From: Candidatus Heimdallarchaeota archaeon
GTDB lineage: Archaea > Asgardarchaeota > Heimdallarchaeia > Heimdallarchaeales > Heimdallarchaeaceae
NCBI GenBank assembly: GCA_030603365.1
Contig: JAUVXV010000003.1
Span: forward strand, 1 to 64,000
Direction of reading: 5' to 3'
Length of the DNA stretch: 64,000 nucleotides
Every line of letters starts with the position of its first letter. Positions within the stretch are counted from its first letter, which is position 1. The position numbers and the translations under genes were made by a program. Of this stretch, positions 43,262 to 53,442 are shown one piece after another. The notes beneath the pieces were generated by a model that was not told the DNA's origin, ran no database searches, and saw only the letters and a program-made list of their open reading frames with translations.

Positions 43262-45016
43262 TTAATGGAAGAGATACAGAAATCTCTCCATAAAGTACAA
43301 GAAAAGCTGATTATAATTGCCAGAGAAGTAGAGATCACTTGCATGTCCAGCAAAAAGTAGGTAAATAATACTACAATTTGTATTTCCCTTATCCAAATAA
43401 GCTTGTAATAGTGCTTCAGAAACTTCTGGTTTAACAAGACCATCTTGTGTTCCTTGGAAGATAAGACAAGCTGGACTGTTGATGTCTACTAATAACGCAG
43501 GATTATCATATACATCTGTTTCTTCATAAATTCTGTTTGCAGGATAGAAAGGAATTAGACCTTTAATAGTGAGTGAGGATCCGAAGATGCTTGTATTTAG
43601 ACCAGATGATATGCCTAACGCTGTTATGGAAGCTAGTTGACCTCCAGCAGAACCTCCAGAAACAAAAACAGAACTCAAATTAGCACCATATTCTGCAGCA
43701 TGGTTTCCTAGATACTGAGTGAAATTTCCTATGTGTCTAACCATATCGTCTCTCGTGAAATTTCCTTGAACATTTTCAGGAGTAATAATTTTGAATCTAT
43801 CACTTTCGCGTAGACCATATTGAATATCAAAAACAATATATCCTTGAGCAGCAAAGTATTTGTTCATCTGTAACATATTACTTCTCCCCTTATCTCCAAT
43901 TGACCATCCTCCTCCATGAATGCGAATGATTGTAGAATTTTCTCCAGGCAGACCTACTCCTCCATTAAGAGGAAGATATGCGTCAAAATACAAAAGAATA
44001 TCATAATCAACTGAAAAAGAGCTTTCAGAACCATTGAAATACAGTATATCTTGTAACACTACACAGTCCTTTGGTTCTACTCCAAGAAAATATTGTGTTA
44101 GATAATAAGGTGATTGGAGGAAATAAGCTTCAATTTCTGGACTAATTTGTTCTTCCCAGTTTCCTCCAAATGCTGGATTGAAGGCATTGTCAAAATTCTT
44201 TCCTGCTTGATAAGATGAGAAGGGCATTGATAGCATCGGTAAAAGGGTGATAATAACTAGAACGAGACCAAGAGCTGAGATAGAATAGAAATGGATCAGA
44301 TTCTTTTTAGTTTTTCCAATGAGAATTATGATTGTACAACTTGCAATAACTAAACCCCATGAAAGCGCAAATTGAGATGCAGCTACTCCCCAATAACCAA
44401 AAGTGTGACCAATCTGTACACCAAACAAAATAGTTACTGATGTTATTATACAGATAGCTAGACCAAAATAACTTAATGAAATAATTGTATATTTGGCTAT
44501 TTTGCTTCCCATGCTTTTCTTTACGATTAGTACTGAATCATCTGCTTCCTTGCTCCAGAGCTCTTTATTCACTCTCTCCATCGCAGCAATAAAAGATAAA
44601 TACCAACCTAGACCAAACATGCCAAAATAGCCCAGATATACCAAAAGATTTGCAAAGAGATTATTTGTTAAACCATTCTCATAAGACATAGAAATAAGTA
44701 AATTCCCAAAATTCATGAACAGTAAAGCAAGAGCAGAATAAGCTAAGTAAGCGTAGATGAGAATGTTAAGTCTTTTACCAATGGGGGTTTTCTTATTAAT
44801 CTTCAATTTCAACCAATAAATCAATACAAAATTAATGGCTAAATTCAATATTAATAATATATCAAAAATTTCCCAGAAAATCGAATAAACTTTGACTGTA
44901 AGATAAATTAGACCTAAAATAAGTGATAGTGAATTTAGAACAATAGAACTTAAAATTAGTATATTAGCAAAAGATGTCTTTTTGGAAAACATGTCAATAT
45001 TTGCATCCGATTCCAT
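43262..45016 (-). CDS. Membrane-bound alpha/beta hydrolase (HSL-like esterase)
   Basis: About seven N-terminal TM helices; IHGGGW, GGSAGG, GTQDGLV, AGH. Confidence 0.88.
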   Translation of the reverse strand: MESDANIDMFSKKTSFANILILSSIVLNSLSLILGLIYLTVKVYSIFWEIFDILLILNLAINFVLIYWLKLKINKKTPIGKRLNILIYAYLAYSALALLFMNFGNLLISMSYENGLTNNLFANLLVYLGYFGMFGLGWYLSFIAAMERVNKELWSKEADDSVLIVKKSMGSKIAKYTIISLSYFGLAICIITSVTILFGVQIGHTFGYWGVAASQFALSWGLVIASCTIIILIGKTKKNLIHFYSISALGLVLVIITLLPMLSMPFSSYQAGKNFDNAFNPAFGGNWEEQISPEIEAYFLQSPYYLTQYFLGVEPKDCVVLQDILYFNGSESSFSVDYDILLYFDAYLPLNGGVGLPGENSTIIRIHGGGWSIGDKGRSNMLQMNKYFAAQGYIVFDIQYGLRESDRFKIITPENVQGNFTRDDMVRHIGNFTQYLGNHAAEYGANLSSVFVSGGSAGGQLASITALGISSGLNTSIFGSSLTIKGLIPFYPANRIYEETDVYDNPALLVDINSPACLIFQGTQDGLVKPEVSEALLQAYLDKGNTNCSIIYLLFAGHASDLYFSGNYNQLFLYFMERFLYLFH

Positions 45017-45056
45017 TCTAGATTTACAAACGTAAATACTTGTATAACAAGTTTAT

Positions 45057-46055
45057 CTAAACTTTGAACAATTTCTTAGCATTTTCCCAGTAGAGTTTCT
45101 TCAAAATATCTAGAGGTAAATCTAAACCATTTATTTTTGTCTTGTTATCATTCTCAGGATCAGGGATTGGAAGAGGTAAATTCTCTACATTTGTTTCGAA
45201 TAATGCTTGGAAACTGAGAAAACGGTTGATGTAATATCCAGGAATCGGCTCTCTATCTCCTCTTCCTGCAACAAAATCTGTACCAAACATTATACGATTT
45301 TGATGTTTTTTGAAGAACTCAATAACTTCATTTTTTTTGTATCCAAATTCTCTGACCATCCATTTGGCAGAACCTGTATCTACATAGAAATTTGGATACA
45401 TATCTAACCATTGATCTAGTTGCTTTAGATTTTCAGGTTGACTAGCCATATGCGCGCCAATAACTTTCAGTTTAGGATACCATTCAAGAATATTTTTCAG
45501 AGCATTGATGTGGTCTTCCTTAATACCAAACTTACTTGAAGGTTGGTAGTTCTGTTCGTAAAGAAGGTCTGGGTCACTCACATGAAGAAGTAAAGTAAAA
45601 TCTAGTTCCTCTAACCTTTGAAAAATGGGTTCTAGTTTTGGATCATTTAGGTGAACATCCTGAGTACGGAATTTCACATTCATATCGTCTCTACTAAAAT
45701 AATTAATCCAACGAGGTGAAAACCAAAGTTTTCCAAGATTGAAGCCATCAGCATATGCTTTTTCTAGGAAATCCATTGATCCTTTGATATCATCTTGCAA
45801 AGCTTCTCTAATTGATAGGAAGATTGAATACACAAACAAGTCTGGAAATTCCTTTTCAATTTCATCTCTGCTTTCTTTATCTCGAACTATTCCAAAGATT
45901 TTCTTGACATTGAATTCTTTTTCATATTTGACCATTGTTTTTACGTCTTCAACCTTACCCAAATGAGTATGAGCATCAAATACAGGACCAGTATATTTTC
46001 TTTGCATAGTTTTGAAGTAAGGTTCCATGTTGTTTTCTACGTATTCAGCAGCCAT
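45057..46055 (-). CDS. Amidohydrolase family protein
   Basis: DAHTH, LLHVSDP, GAHM, MFGTDF, LYWENA. Confidence 0.85.
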   Translation of the reverse strand: MAAEYVENNMEPYFKTMQRKYTGPVFDAHTHLGKVEDVKTMVKYEKEFNVKKIFGIVRDKESRDEIEKEFPDLFVYSIFLSIREALQDDIKGSMDFLEKAYADGFNLGKLWFSPRWINYFSRDDMNVKFRTQDVHLNDPKLEPIFQRLEELDFTLLLHVSDPDLLYEQNYQPSSKFGIKEDHINALKNILEWYPKLKVIGAHMASQPENLKQLDQWLDMYPNFYVDTGSAKWMVREFGYKKNEVIEFFKKHQNRIMFGTDFVAGRGDREPIPGYYINRFLSFQALFETNVENLPLPIPDPENDNKTKINGLDLPLDILKKLYWENAKKLFKV

Positions 46056-46240
46056 TAGATGGTCTCCATCTGTAAAAAAGCAAGCCTCCTTATCTAAATT
46101 GCGATTATACTATAATTTAGAAAAATGAAATAAAAGAAGAGAAATTATTTCTTTTTTCTTCTAATAATCTGGGAACTGACAAATTTTACTGGGAGCATTT
46201 TATCCCTAGTTTTTCTTTGTAATAAATATCTTTGTAGCAT

Positions 46241-48190
46241 TCAGATGACAATATTAAATAATTTATGTTGTGCTTCTGGTTCTCTACATCTCAATTCACT
46301 AATATTCACTTTTCTGATTCCTTTTACTGATTCTTCAATTCTTATTATTTCCATTCTCTGGGAAATGGAGCTTGTATTTTTTTCTAGTCTCAATAATTCT
46401 ATAGATTGAGATGTTAATTTCTGCTGTTCTTTCAAAATCTTGAGAGCTAATCTCTTTAAACCCCGATTCTCAGCAATCTTAAGTGCTTCTGCCAATTTAT
46501 TACGTGCATTATCTAGGTCCATTACGAGTAAATTCACTTGTGATTCTAAGATTAATGTTTCAATAGTGTAAATAGGAGAACCAAATTCTATTGTAAGTTC
46601 ATACATTTTAATAACACATTTATGTAGCTTATCTAGTTTTTTACCGTTATCACCGGTACTTAGACCTAAGAGGAGGACTTCGCAAAGTGTAATTAAGGCA
46701 TTTATCTGCGATTCGAGATGTGCTTCTTCTTCTAAATGCACATCTAGGAGAAATTCAGCTTTTATTCTATCACTTTTTTCAGTGCTTATCTTTAGAATTT
46801 TAGCTTCTGTCAGTCGATATAATTGTTTGAGACGCTTACTCCCCACATCTTCCTTAATCTCTTGCATTTCTTGTTGATATTCATTTGCTGACTCAATATC
46901 ATTGATTTCAGTTGTATAATGTATCAATGCTTCCAAAGTAAATGCGGTTGCAATTTTATGTCCTCTTTCTCTCCATATCTTCAAACTTTGTTTCTGCAAT
47001 TCAATTGCGCGTTCTATATGACCTAGACGCCAAAAGATGGAAGATTTCCGATGAAAACCCATGGCCAGTATTGTTTTACTTTCGAATTCTTTACTCAGTT
47101 CCATAAGTTCATCCTGTAATTTCAAACTTTCATCCAATTCTCCCTTAAATTCATAGATCTCTCCCATATTACATAAAACTGTTGTCAGAATCATATGTTT
47201 GACATCTGTGAAATAGTTCTTCGCTTTGGTGAAATATGCTAGAGCTTGGTCCAGCTCTCCAACAAGTTTTGAGTTCTCTCCTGCATAGAAGAGTGCCCAA
47301 GCTTCCATTTCATCATTTTTCAATGTTTTATAAATTTCTAGATTCTTTTCAAAATACTCCAATGCTTTTGCTCTATCTCCAATTCGTCTATAATATACCC
47401 CAAAATATCTAAAAATCAATGCTTTACCATTAGCTGAATTTAATTCTTCATAAACTCCCAGTGCTCTTTCTAGATATTCATGGAAAACTTGATACTCTCC
47501 CATTTTTTGATATGTATAACCGATAAATGAGAGCGTTCTGGCTAGAAAATACTTATCATCTAATGATTCTAAAACTTTTAAACACAACTTATAGTGTTCA
47601 ATTGATTTTAAGAAATCAGTATGTCTCCAATAAATCCTGGCCATCTCCCAATGGCATTTTGCTTCTTCTCTCTTGTTTTCAAATTTTTTAGTAAGTTCTA
47701 CACACTTATTATAGATTTCTAATATTTCTTTGAATTCAGCTTTTTTTCTGTCAGATGAGACTATTTTAAACCTTAGTAAAACAGCTTCTCTTTGTTTCAA
47801 CTCCTTAATATCATCTAATGCAATTTTTTCGAATATTTGCTCTGATTTTTCTAAAACTTTTTGAAAATCATCAGATTTCCCCTTGTATATGTAATAATCA
47901 GCTAAAGCAAGACTCGAATCGAACATAAGTAAATTATCCTTAACTTTTCCACTTTGTTCAAAGGCTTCTTTTGCAAGTTCATGTGCAACATCTACTCCTC
48001 CTCTATTTTCAGAGAATCTTGCAAACTGGACAACTGTTTCACTTTTTTGTATTTTAGCTCTAATTGTTTGTTCTTGTGGTAGGTTTTTCTTATTCAGTAT
48101 TTCATTTAAAACTTCTAATGCGTCAGGATATTTTCCATTATAGATTAGGATATTTACTCTCTCTAAATCTTGCGAAACAGATGAAGTCAT
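46241..48190 (-). CDS. Long TPR-repeat protein
   Basis: Multiple TPRs (GEYQVFHEYLERAL, GDRAKALEYFEKNL, GELDQALAYF, GELDESL). Confidence 0.88.
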   Translation of the reverse strand: MTSSVSQDLERVNILIYNGKYPDALEVLNEILNKKNLPQEQTIRAKIQKSETVVQFARFSENRGGVDVAHELAKEAFEQSGKVKDNLLMFDSSLALADYYIYKGKSDDFQKVLEKSEQIFEKIALDDIKELKQREAVLLRFKIVSSDRKKAEFKEILEIYNKCVELTKKFENKREEAKCHWEMARIYWRHTDFLKSIEHYKLCLKVLESLDDKYFLARTLSFIGYTYQKMGEYQVFHEYLERALGVYEELNSANGKALIFRYFGVYYRRIGDRAKALEYFEKNLEIYKTLKNDEMEAWALFYAGENSKLVGELDQALAYFTKAKNYFTDVKHMILTTVLCNMGEIYEFKGELDESLKLQDELMELSKEFESKTILAMGFHRKSSIFWRLGHIERAIELQKQSLKIWRERGHKIATAFTLEALIHYTTEINDIESANEYQQEMQEIKEDVGSKRLKQLYRLTEAKILKISTEKSDRIKAEFLLDVHLEEEAHLESQINALITLCEVLLLGLSTGDNGKKLDKLHKCVIKMYELTIEFGSPIYTIETLILESQVNLLVMDLDNARNKLAEALKIAENRGLKRLALKILKEQQKLTSQSIELLRLEKNTSSISQRMEIIRIEESVKGIRKVNISELRCREPEAQHKLFNIVI

Positions 48191-48282
48191 AGGTTCACCA
48201 AATATAAAACATATAAAAATAAGGTTTTAGAAATTAAAACTTTTCCTAAAACCTCAAAGTGAATCAGATATTTTTTTGTTTT

Positions 48283-49731
48283 CTATAATTCTAAGAAAGA
48301 TTCGAAATCTATCTTTTTGTATCTCATTATTTCTATTAAGTATTCAGACGTATCTTTATCTAATGAAGATCCTGGGTATCTGTTGAGGAGCTTATCTACT
48401 TCTTCATTTGCTCTTTGTCCTATGGTTTTTCTTCCCTTGCCTTCCCATTCTTCTCTTGAAGATCTATCTACAACTTCACTTGGTAAGTAAAGTTCTTCTC
48501 TAAACCATTTCAGTGTGTGATCATGTGATAAAAGGTGTGTTTTATCTAAAAAGACTTTTAGTAAATCTTTTGCAATAGGTTCATCTCTTTGCGTAATCCC
48601 ATCAATGAATTTGTATGTCATTCCTGCGATTTCATTATCAATTACAACCTTCTGAATGCTTTGTGTTGATTCAAAGTTCATCATGCCTGCACCAGATATC
48701 ATGTTTACTCCTTTAATTCCAGCTAGAAGTGAACCCATTCCTGTTTCAAATCCAGATTGCATATCAAGAATTTTACCATCAGACATGCCTAAATAAGCAT
48801 GAGTTGGTAGATTGAGATATTTTCCAATCTCTGTATAACCTAGATCAATAAGGATAGTATCAACAGAAGCTAAATACATAGTTCCCTTTCTCATATCAAA
48901 CGCTGCAGGAGAACCACCCCAAATAACAGGGGCTCCTGGAGAAACGAGTTGAGTAATAACTAATCCCGCTAAGGTCTCAGCTGCATGCTGAACAATCGCC
49001 CCCAGTATGGTTACTGGAGCATTAGCACCTGTCATTGGCATAGAAACAAATTCTGAAGGTATTCCATATTTTGCACAATCAATAATACTTTGGCAAGTCA
49101 GATCACTCCACTTTAATGGTGGTGAAGGGCATGCATCAAATATTGCTAAAGGCTTTTTTCTGAGCTCCTCTTCACTTCCCCTAACTGCTACAAGCATGTC
49201 TTTCATTACTTCAAATGATTCCTTGACGAATGTTCCGGTTACAATTGGTTTAGATGAGTAAAGCAATGTAATTAACATCCTATATCTGTCTCCAATCTCT
49301 TCTGGTACATCAGAGCATACTATTGCTGTACTCTGAGCATGTATGTGTTCAAGTTGGTCAACAACTTTAGTGAAATCAACAAAATCCTTTGTAATAGCTG
49401 TCCTTATCTCATTAGTTTCAGAATCTAGAACATTTAGTGCTGCTGAACCAGGATCAAAACAAATGTTATCTCCCTCTAGTTTTGTTACTAAACCACCTTC
49501 TCTATCATAAAGAGGAATAGAGGAAGGAGCGCTTTTCAATGCTTTTTTTATTAAATCTGGAGGGAGTTTTGCACGCCTTCCCTCTAAATCTATATCTATT
49601 CCTTCATTTTGGAGAATTAGTATTGCTTCATCATTTTCTACAAAGAAACCCATTTCCTCTAAAATCTCCATTGCTTCAACTACAACTTTTTCCTTTATTT
49701 CCTCTTCAAGAATATTGATAACAGGTCTCAT
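48283..49731 (-). CDS. Trimethylamine methyltransferase (MttB) superfamily, non-pyrrolysine member
   Basis: SPPLKW, MPMTGANAPVT..GAIVQHAAE, FDMRKG, GVNMISGAG, IDNEI; no in-frame TAG. Likely start ATG49731 after GAGGT. Confidence 0.9.
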   Translation of the reverse strand: MRPVINILEEEIKEKVVVEAMEILEEMGFFVENDEAILILQNEGIDIDLEGRRAKLPPDLIKKALKSAPSSIPLYDREGGLVTKLEGDNICFDPGSAALNVLDSETNEIRTAITKDFVDFTKVVDQLEHIHAQSTAIVCSDVPEEIGDRYRMLITLLYSSKPIVTGTFVKESFEVMKDMLVAVRGSEEELRKKPLAIFDACPSPPLKWSDLTCQSIIDCAKYGIPSEFVSMPMTGANAPVTILGAIVQHAAETLAGLVITQLVSPGAPVIWGGSPAAFDMRKGTMYLASVDTILIDLGYTEIGKYLNLPTHAYLGMSDGKILDMQSGFETGMGSLLAGIKGVNMISGAGMMNFESTQSIQKVVIDNEIAGMTYKFIDGITQRDEPIAKDLLKVFLDKTHLLSHDHTLKWFREELYLPSEVVDRSSREEWEGKGRKTIGQRANEEVDKLLNRYPGSSLDKDTSEYLIEIMRYKKIDFESFLEL

Positions 49732-50173
49732 TACTATTACCTCAAACAATTAATCATTTATGAATGTAGTAAATAAATATTTATAAGATTTTTGAAGATT
49801 AATTAAAAAAAAGTTTCTTAACTTAAGCATTGCTTTATAGTAATTACTATTATAAATAAAAGATTATTTATATTTTGATTTAATTAATTATAGATTTAAT
49901 ATATTGTTTATTAATAACAATTAAAAGTATTTGTTTAAATATATACTAATAAAAGAATAACTATTTAAAGATATGGTTTATTATATGTTAGACTAACTAT
50001 AATGCTCGATTATAAGCTAAAATACTAGAATCTCTCTCGAAAATTGACTTCGGTTGGGATATTAAATATTGAAAACTACTTTATTTACTTAGAAATGTTT
50101 AAAACCGTGAAAATTCGAAGATGATTCTTAATAAGTCAATATTACATTACTAGAAAACAATTCGGTGAAAAAA

Positions 50174-50308
50174 ATGTATAAAGAAACAAAATACTTAGAA
50201 AGCAACTTTAATTTAGAATTAGTTTGTCAACACCACTTTATTACGAGAAAAATAGCATTTAAAACGGAATCACCTCACTTACTTAACCCTAAGTGGGTGA
50301 TTAAGTGA
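50174..50308 (+). CDS. 44-aa leader ORF coupled to the opine dehydrogenase gene
   Basis: GGTGA RBS at 50164; MYKETKYLESNF...PKWVIK; its TGA overlaps the downstream GTG (GTGA). Confidence 0.45.
   Translation: MYKETKYLESNFNLELVCQHHFITRKIAFKTESPHLLNPKWVIK
50268..50302 (+). promoter_or_regulatory. RBS-sequestering hairpin
   Basis: AATCACC-T-CACTTA pairs with TAAGTG-GGTGATT (13 bp, one bulge, 8-nt loop), covering the GGTGA RBS. Confidence 0.5.
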
Positions 50309-51411
50309 ATATCGCAATAATTGGTGCTGGGTGTGGAGGTCATGCAATTGCAGGATTTCTGGCAAGTAAAGGAAATAAAGTAAATCTATACAATAGATCT
50401 TTGGACAGAGTCCGTTTACTTTTGAACAAAAAGGAAATTGAATTAATAGGCGAAGTACAGTCAAAAGGAAAGCTAAATCTAGTAACTACTGATATTTCAG
50501 AAGCTGTTAATGAAACAGAATTAATAATGGTAGTAACTACAGCTACTGGACATTATGATATAGCAACTGAATTAGCTCCCCATCTTAGAACGGGTCAAAT
50601 AGTTGTATTAAATCCTGGAAGAACTTTTGGTATTTTAGAATTTATGAATGCTCTTTTGGAAGGTGGTTTGGATGCAGATGTAACTGTAGCTGAAGCTAAT
50701 ACTTTGATATATGCTACAAGAACCATAAGACCTGGATTAAGTGATATAAAGGGTATCAAGAGTTCTGTTTCTGTATCAGTTATACCTAATCATCGTACAT
50801 CTCATGTAATTTCAAAATTAAATGAAAGTTATCCTCAATTTTATGCAGTTGAGAACTTTTTAAAAACAAGTTTAGGAAATATTGGGGCAGTTTTCCATCC
50901 TACAATAGCTTTATTGAACAAAGAGAGAATAGATAAGAAAGAAGCATTTGATTTTTACAGAGACGGAGCTACAACGGAAGTAGTCGACTATATGGAACAA
51001 GTTGATAATGAAAGACGAGCTCTAGCACGAAAGTTTGGAGTTGAAGTTCAATCAATTAAAGAATGGTTGCGTGAAAGATATAGTCTTCCAGACTCGAATC
51101 TTTTTGATGCTTTACACAATAATCCTTCTTATGCAGGATTGGCAGCTCCTACAACTTTTAATATGAGATACTTAACAGAGGACATTCCTACAGGTCTTGT
51201 TCCCTTTTCTGAACTTGGTAAATCTGTTGGGGTTGATACAAATTATATTGATGAATTGATAAATAAAGCTTCAAATGAACTGAATGTTGATTTTAGAAGT
51301 CAAGGAAGAAATTTGTATAAGTTAGGACTTAACGCTGCTACTATATTTGAGGATCTAAAAGAAGTGTCTCGAATAGAAAGAATCACAGAATATAAAAAAG
51401 CTGCAAGATGA
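50305..51411 (+). CDS. NAD/NADP octopine/nopaline (opine) dehydrogenase family
   Basis: IIGAGCGG, LNPGRTFG, NIGAVFHP, FDFY, RYLTEDIPTGLVP. Confidence 0.9.
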   Translation: MNIAIIGAGCGGHAIAGFLASKGNKVNLYNRSLDRVRLLLNKKEIELIGEVQSKGKLNLVTTDISEAVNETELIMVVTTATGHYDIATELAPHLRTGQIVVLNPGRTFGILEFMNALLEGGLDADVTVAEANTLIYATRTIRPGLSDIKGIKSSVSVSVIPNHRTSHVISKLNESYPQFYAVENFLKTSLGNIGAVFHPTIALLNKERIDKKEAFDFYRDGATTEVVDYMEQVDNERRALARKFGVEVQSIKEWLRERYSLPDSNLFDALHNNPSYAGLAAPTTFNMRYLTEDIPTGLVPFSELGKSVGVDTNYIDELINKASNELNVDFRSQGRNLYKLGLNAATIFEDLKEVSRIERITEYKKAAR

Positions 51412-51417
51412 GATAAA

Positions 51418-52932
51418 ATGAAAAAAATACTTGGAGCTTGCATTGGAGATTGTGTTCATATTGCTGGAGTTCATAGATTCTTGAAAATAGCAGAAAACCA
51501 AGATTATGAAACAATATTCTTGGGTCCTGCTGTAGATACTGAACAACTCATTGATGCAATTAGAGAACATGATCCTGATGTAGTAGGTTTGAGTTACCGA
51601 TTAACTCCTAAAGCAGGAATTGAAATTCTTAGAGAAATAAAAAGAAGAATTACAGAAGAAGGATTAAGGGGAAGAGAATTTGTTCTAGGGGGTTTACCGG
51701 AACTTGTTCAGAGTGAAAAACAAGAAGGTTTCTTTAGTGCTTATTTTCAAGGTGATGATGCAGAACAAGCGATTGCTTATCTTAGAGGAGTAGTTATTGA
51801 AGTTAAATATCTGACACCTCCTCAAAATATTATAAAAAGGATAGACTCTAAATATCCTTTTCCAGTTTTAAGGCATCATTTTGGACTGCCTACTTTAGAA
51901 GAAACAGCGAAGGGAATTAAGAAAATTGCTGAGAGTGGATGTCTTGATATCATTTCTTTAGGAACTGACCAAAATGCACAAGCACACTTTTTCCATCCTG
52001 AAAGAATGAGTTCTGGAAAAGGTGCAGGTGGTGTTCCTGTTCGAACAAAAGAGGATTTTGTAAAACTTTTTGAAGCTTCAAGGGTTGGGAATTTCCCTTT
52101 AATGCGAACTTATGCTGGAACAGATGATTTAATTGAATTAGCTCAGATTTATGTTGATACAATAAATAATGCATGGACTGCAATACCTATATTTTGGTTC
52201 AATAAAATGGATGGAAGAGGTCCAATGGAGTTAGAATCTTCACTACGAGCTCATCTTAATGCAATAAAATGGCATGCTAAAAAAGAACTTCCTGTTGAGA
52301 TTCTTGAATCACATCATTGGTCATTGAGAGATGCAAAGGATGAAGTAGCAATAGCATCAGGATTTTTGGGTGCTGATATATGTAAAAAGTTGGGAGTAAG
52401 AAATTTTTTCTCACAATATATGTTTAATACTCCTCCTCAAACAAATCAAAGAGATGATTTGGCTAAGATGCTAGCTCAAAAAGAGATGATTGAATCTCTG
52501 CAAGATGAAAATTTTACTGTTTATACTCAAACAAGAACTGGCTTGTTTAGCTATCCAATAGATTTAGATATGGCGAAGGGGCAACTAGCTCAATCAACAA
52601 TGTTGCAGATGCAACTTAATCCACATATTGTTCATGTTGTAAGTTATAGTGAAGCAAACCATGCGGCTACTCCTGAGAATGTGATTGAAAGTTGTAAAAT
52701 AGCCAAACAAGTAATTGCAAAATGTCTTGAGGGTCAACCTGCTATGATCTGGGATCCTTATGTTCTTGAAAGAAAACAAGAGCTAATTGAAAAAGCAGTT
52801 TCAATAATCAATACAATAAAATCTATTGGATCAGTGTTAGATCCCATTGTTCTTCATGAAAGCATAAATCAGGGATTATTGCATGCACCTCAGCTTGATT
52901 CTTATAAATCTAAAGAAGTTATAATTGGGTGA
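51418..52932 (+). CDS. Cobalamin-binding protein with TIM-barrel-like catalytic region (uncharacterised mutase-like family)
   Basis: N-terminal B12 Rossmann domain (GDCVHIAG, GLSYRLT, LGG), then LRHHFG, GAGGVPVR, HHWSLRDA, HVVSYSEA. Confidence 0.75.
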   Translation: MKKILGACIGDCVHIAGVHRFLKIAENQDYETIFLGPAVDTEQLIDAIREHDPDVVGLSYRLTPKAGIEILREIKRRITEEGLRGREFVLGGLPELVQSEKQEGFFSAYFQGDDAEQAIAYLRGVVIEVKYLTPPQNIIKRIDSKYPFPVLRHHFGLPTLEETAKGIKKIAESGCLDIISLGTDQNAQAHFFHPERMSSGKGAGGVPVRTKEDFVKLFEASRVGNFPLMRTYAGTDDLIELAQIYVDTINNAWTAIPIFWFNKMDGRGPMELESSLRAHLNAIKWHAKKELPVEILESHHWSLRDAKDEVAIASGFLGADICKKLGVRNFFSQYMFNTPPQTNQRDDLAKMLAQKEMIESLQDENFTVYTQTRTGLFSYPIDLDMAKGQLAQSTMLQMQLNPHIVHVVSYSEANHAATPENVIESCKIAKQVIAKCLEGQPAMIWDPYVLERKQELIEKAVSIINTIKSIGSVLDPIVLHESINQGLLHAPQLDSYKSKEVIIG

Positions 52933-52963
52933 AGTCTCTAAAATTAGGAGTTCTGTTGTTAAA

Positions 52964-53437
52964 ATGTCAAAAACACTAATTGCTTATGGAACACGCTATG
53001 GCGCAACAGCTGAAGTTGCTGAAGAGATGTCAAAAATATTGAGGGAGAAATTCCAATTGGAAGTTGAAGTGATAAATCTTGAAGAAATTTTTCCAAAAGG
53101 AAAAGAATTAGCGATATATACCAATATTATTATTGGGAGTGGAATAAAAGTTGGGTAATGGGTTAATCGTGCTAAAAGATTCTTGAAAAGTGACTTTGAA
53201 AGTAAGAAAGTAGCTGTTTATGTATGCTCTAGAAGATCAGGAGAACCTGAATTATATGATTATGCTTACGAGAACTATATTAAGAAAATATTGTTAAAAA
53301 ATCTTAAGACTAAGCCAGTTGCACAAGAAGCTTTTGGGGGACGAAAACCACTAAAAGATGATAATTTCTATGAAAATAGAAACTGGAATAAAATTAAGGA
53401 ATGGACAATGGAAGTAGGAGAAATGTTCTCTCTCTAG
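52964..53437 (+). pseudogene. Flavodoxin-domain (HemG-like) protein interrupted by an in-frame TAA
   Basis: IAYGTRYGAT...IIGSGIKVG*WVNRAKRFLK...AFGG; stop at 53156-53158, both halves in the same frame. Confidence 0.8.
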
Positions 53438-53442
53438 ATTTC

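Noticed and set aside
48283-49749. Pyrrolysine in MttB
   Set aside because: The ORF is continuous with no internal TAG, and no pyl genes are in the window.
49750-50304. Cobalamin riboswitch upstream of the B12 genes
   Set aside because: No recognisable B12-box or GGGAA/GCCACTG core by eye; an Rfam scan would be decisive.
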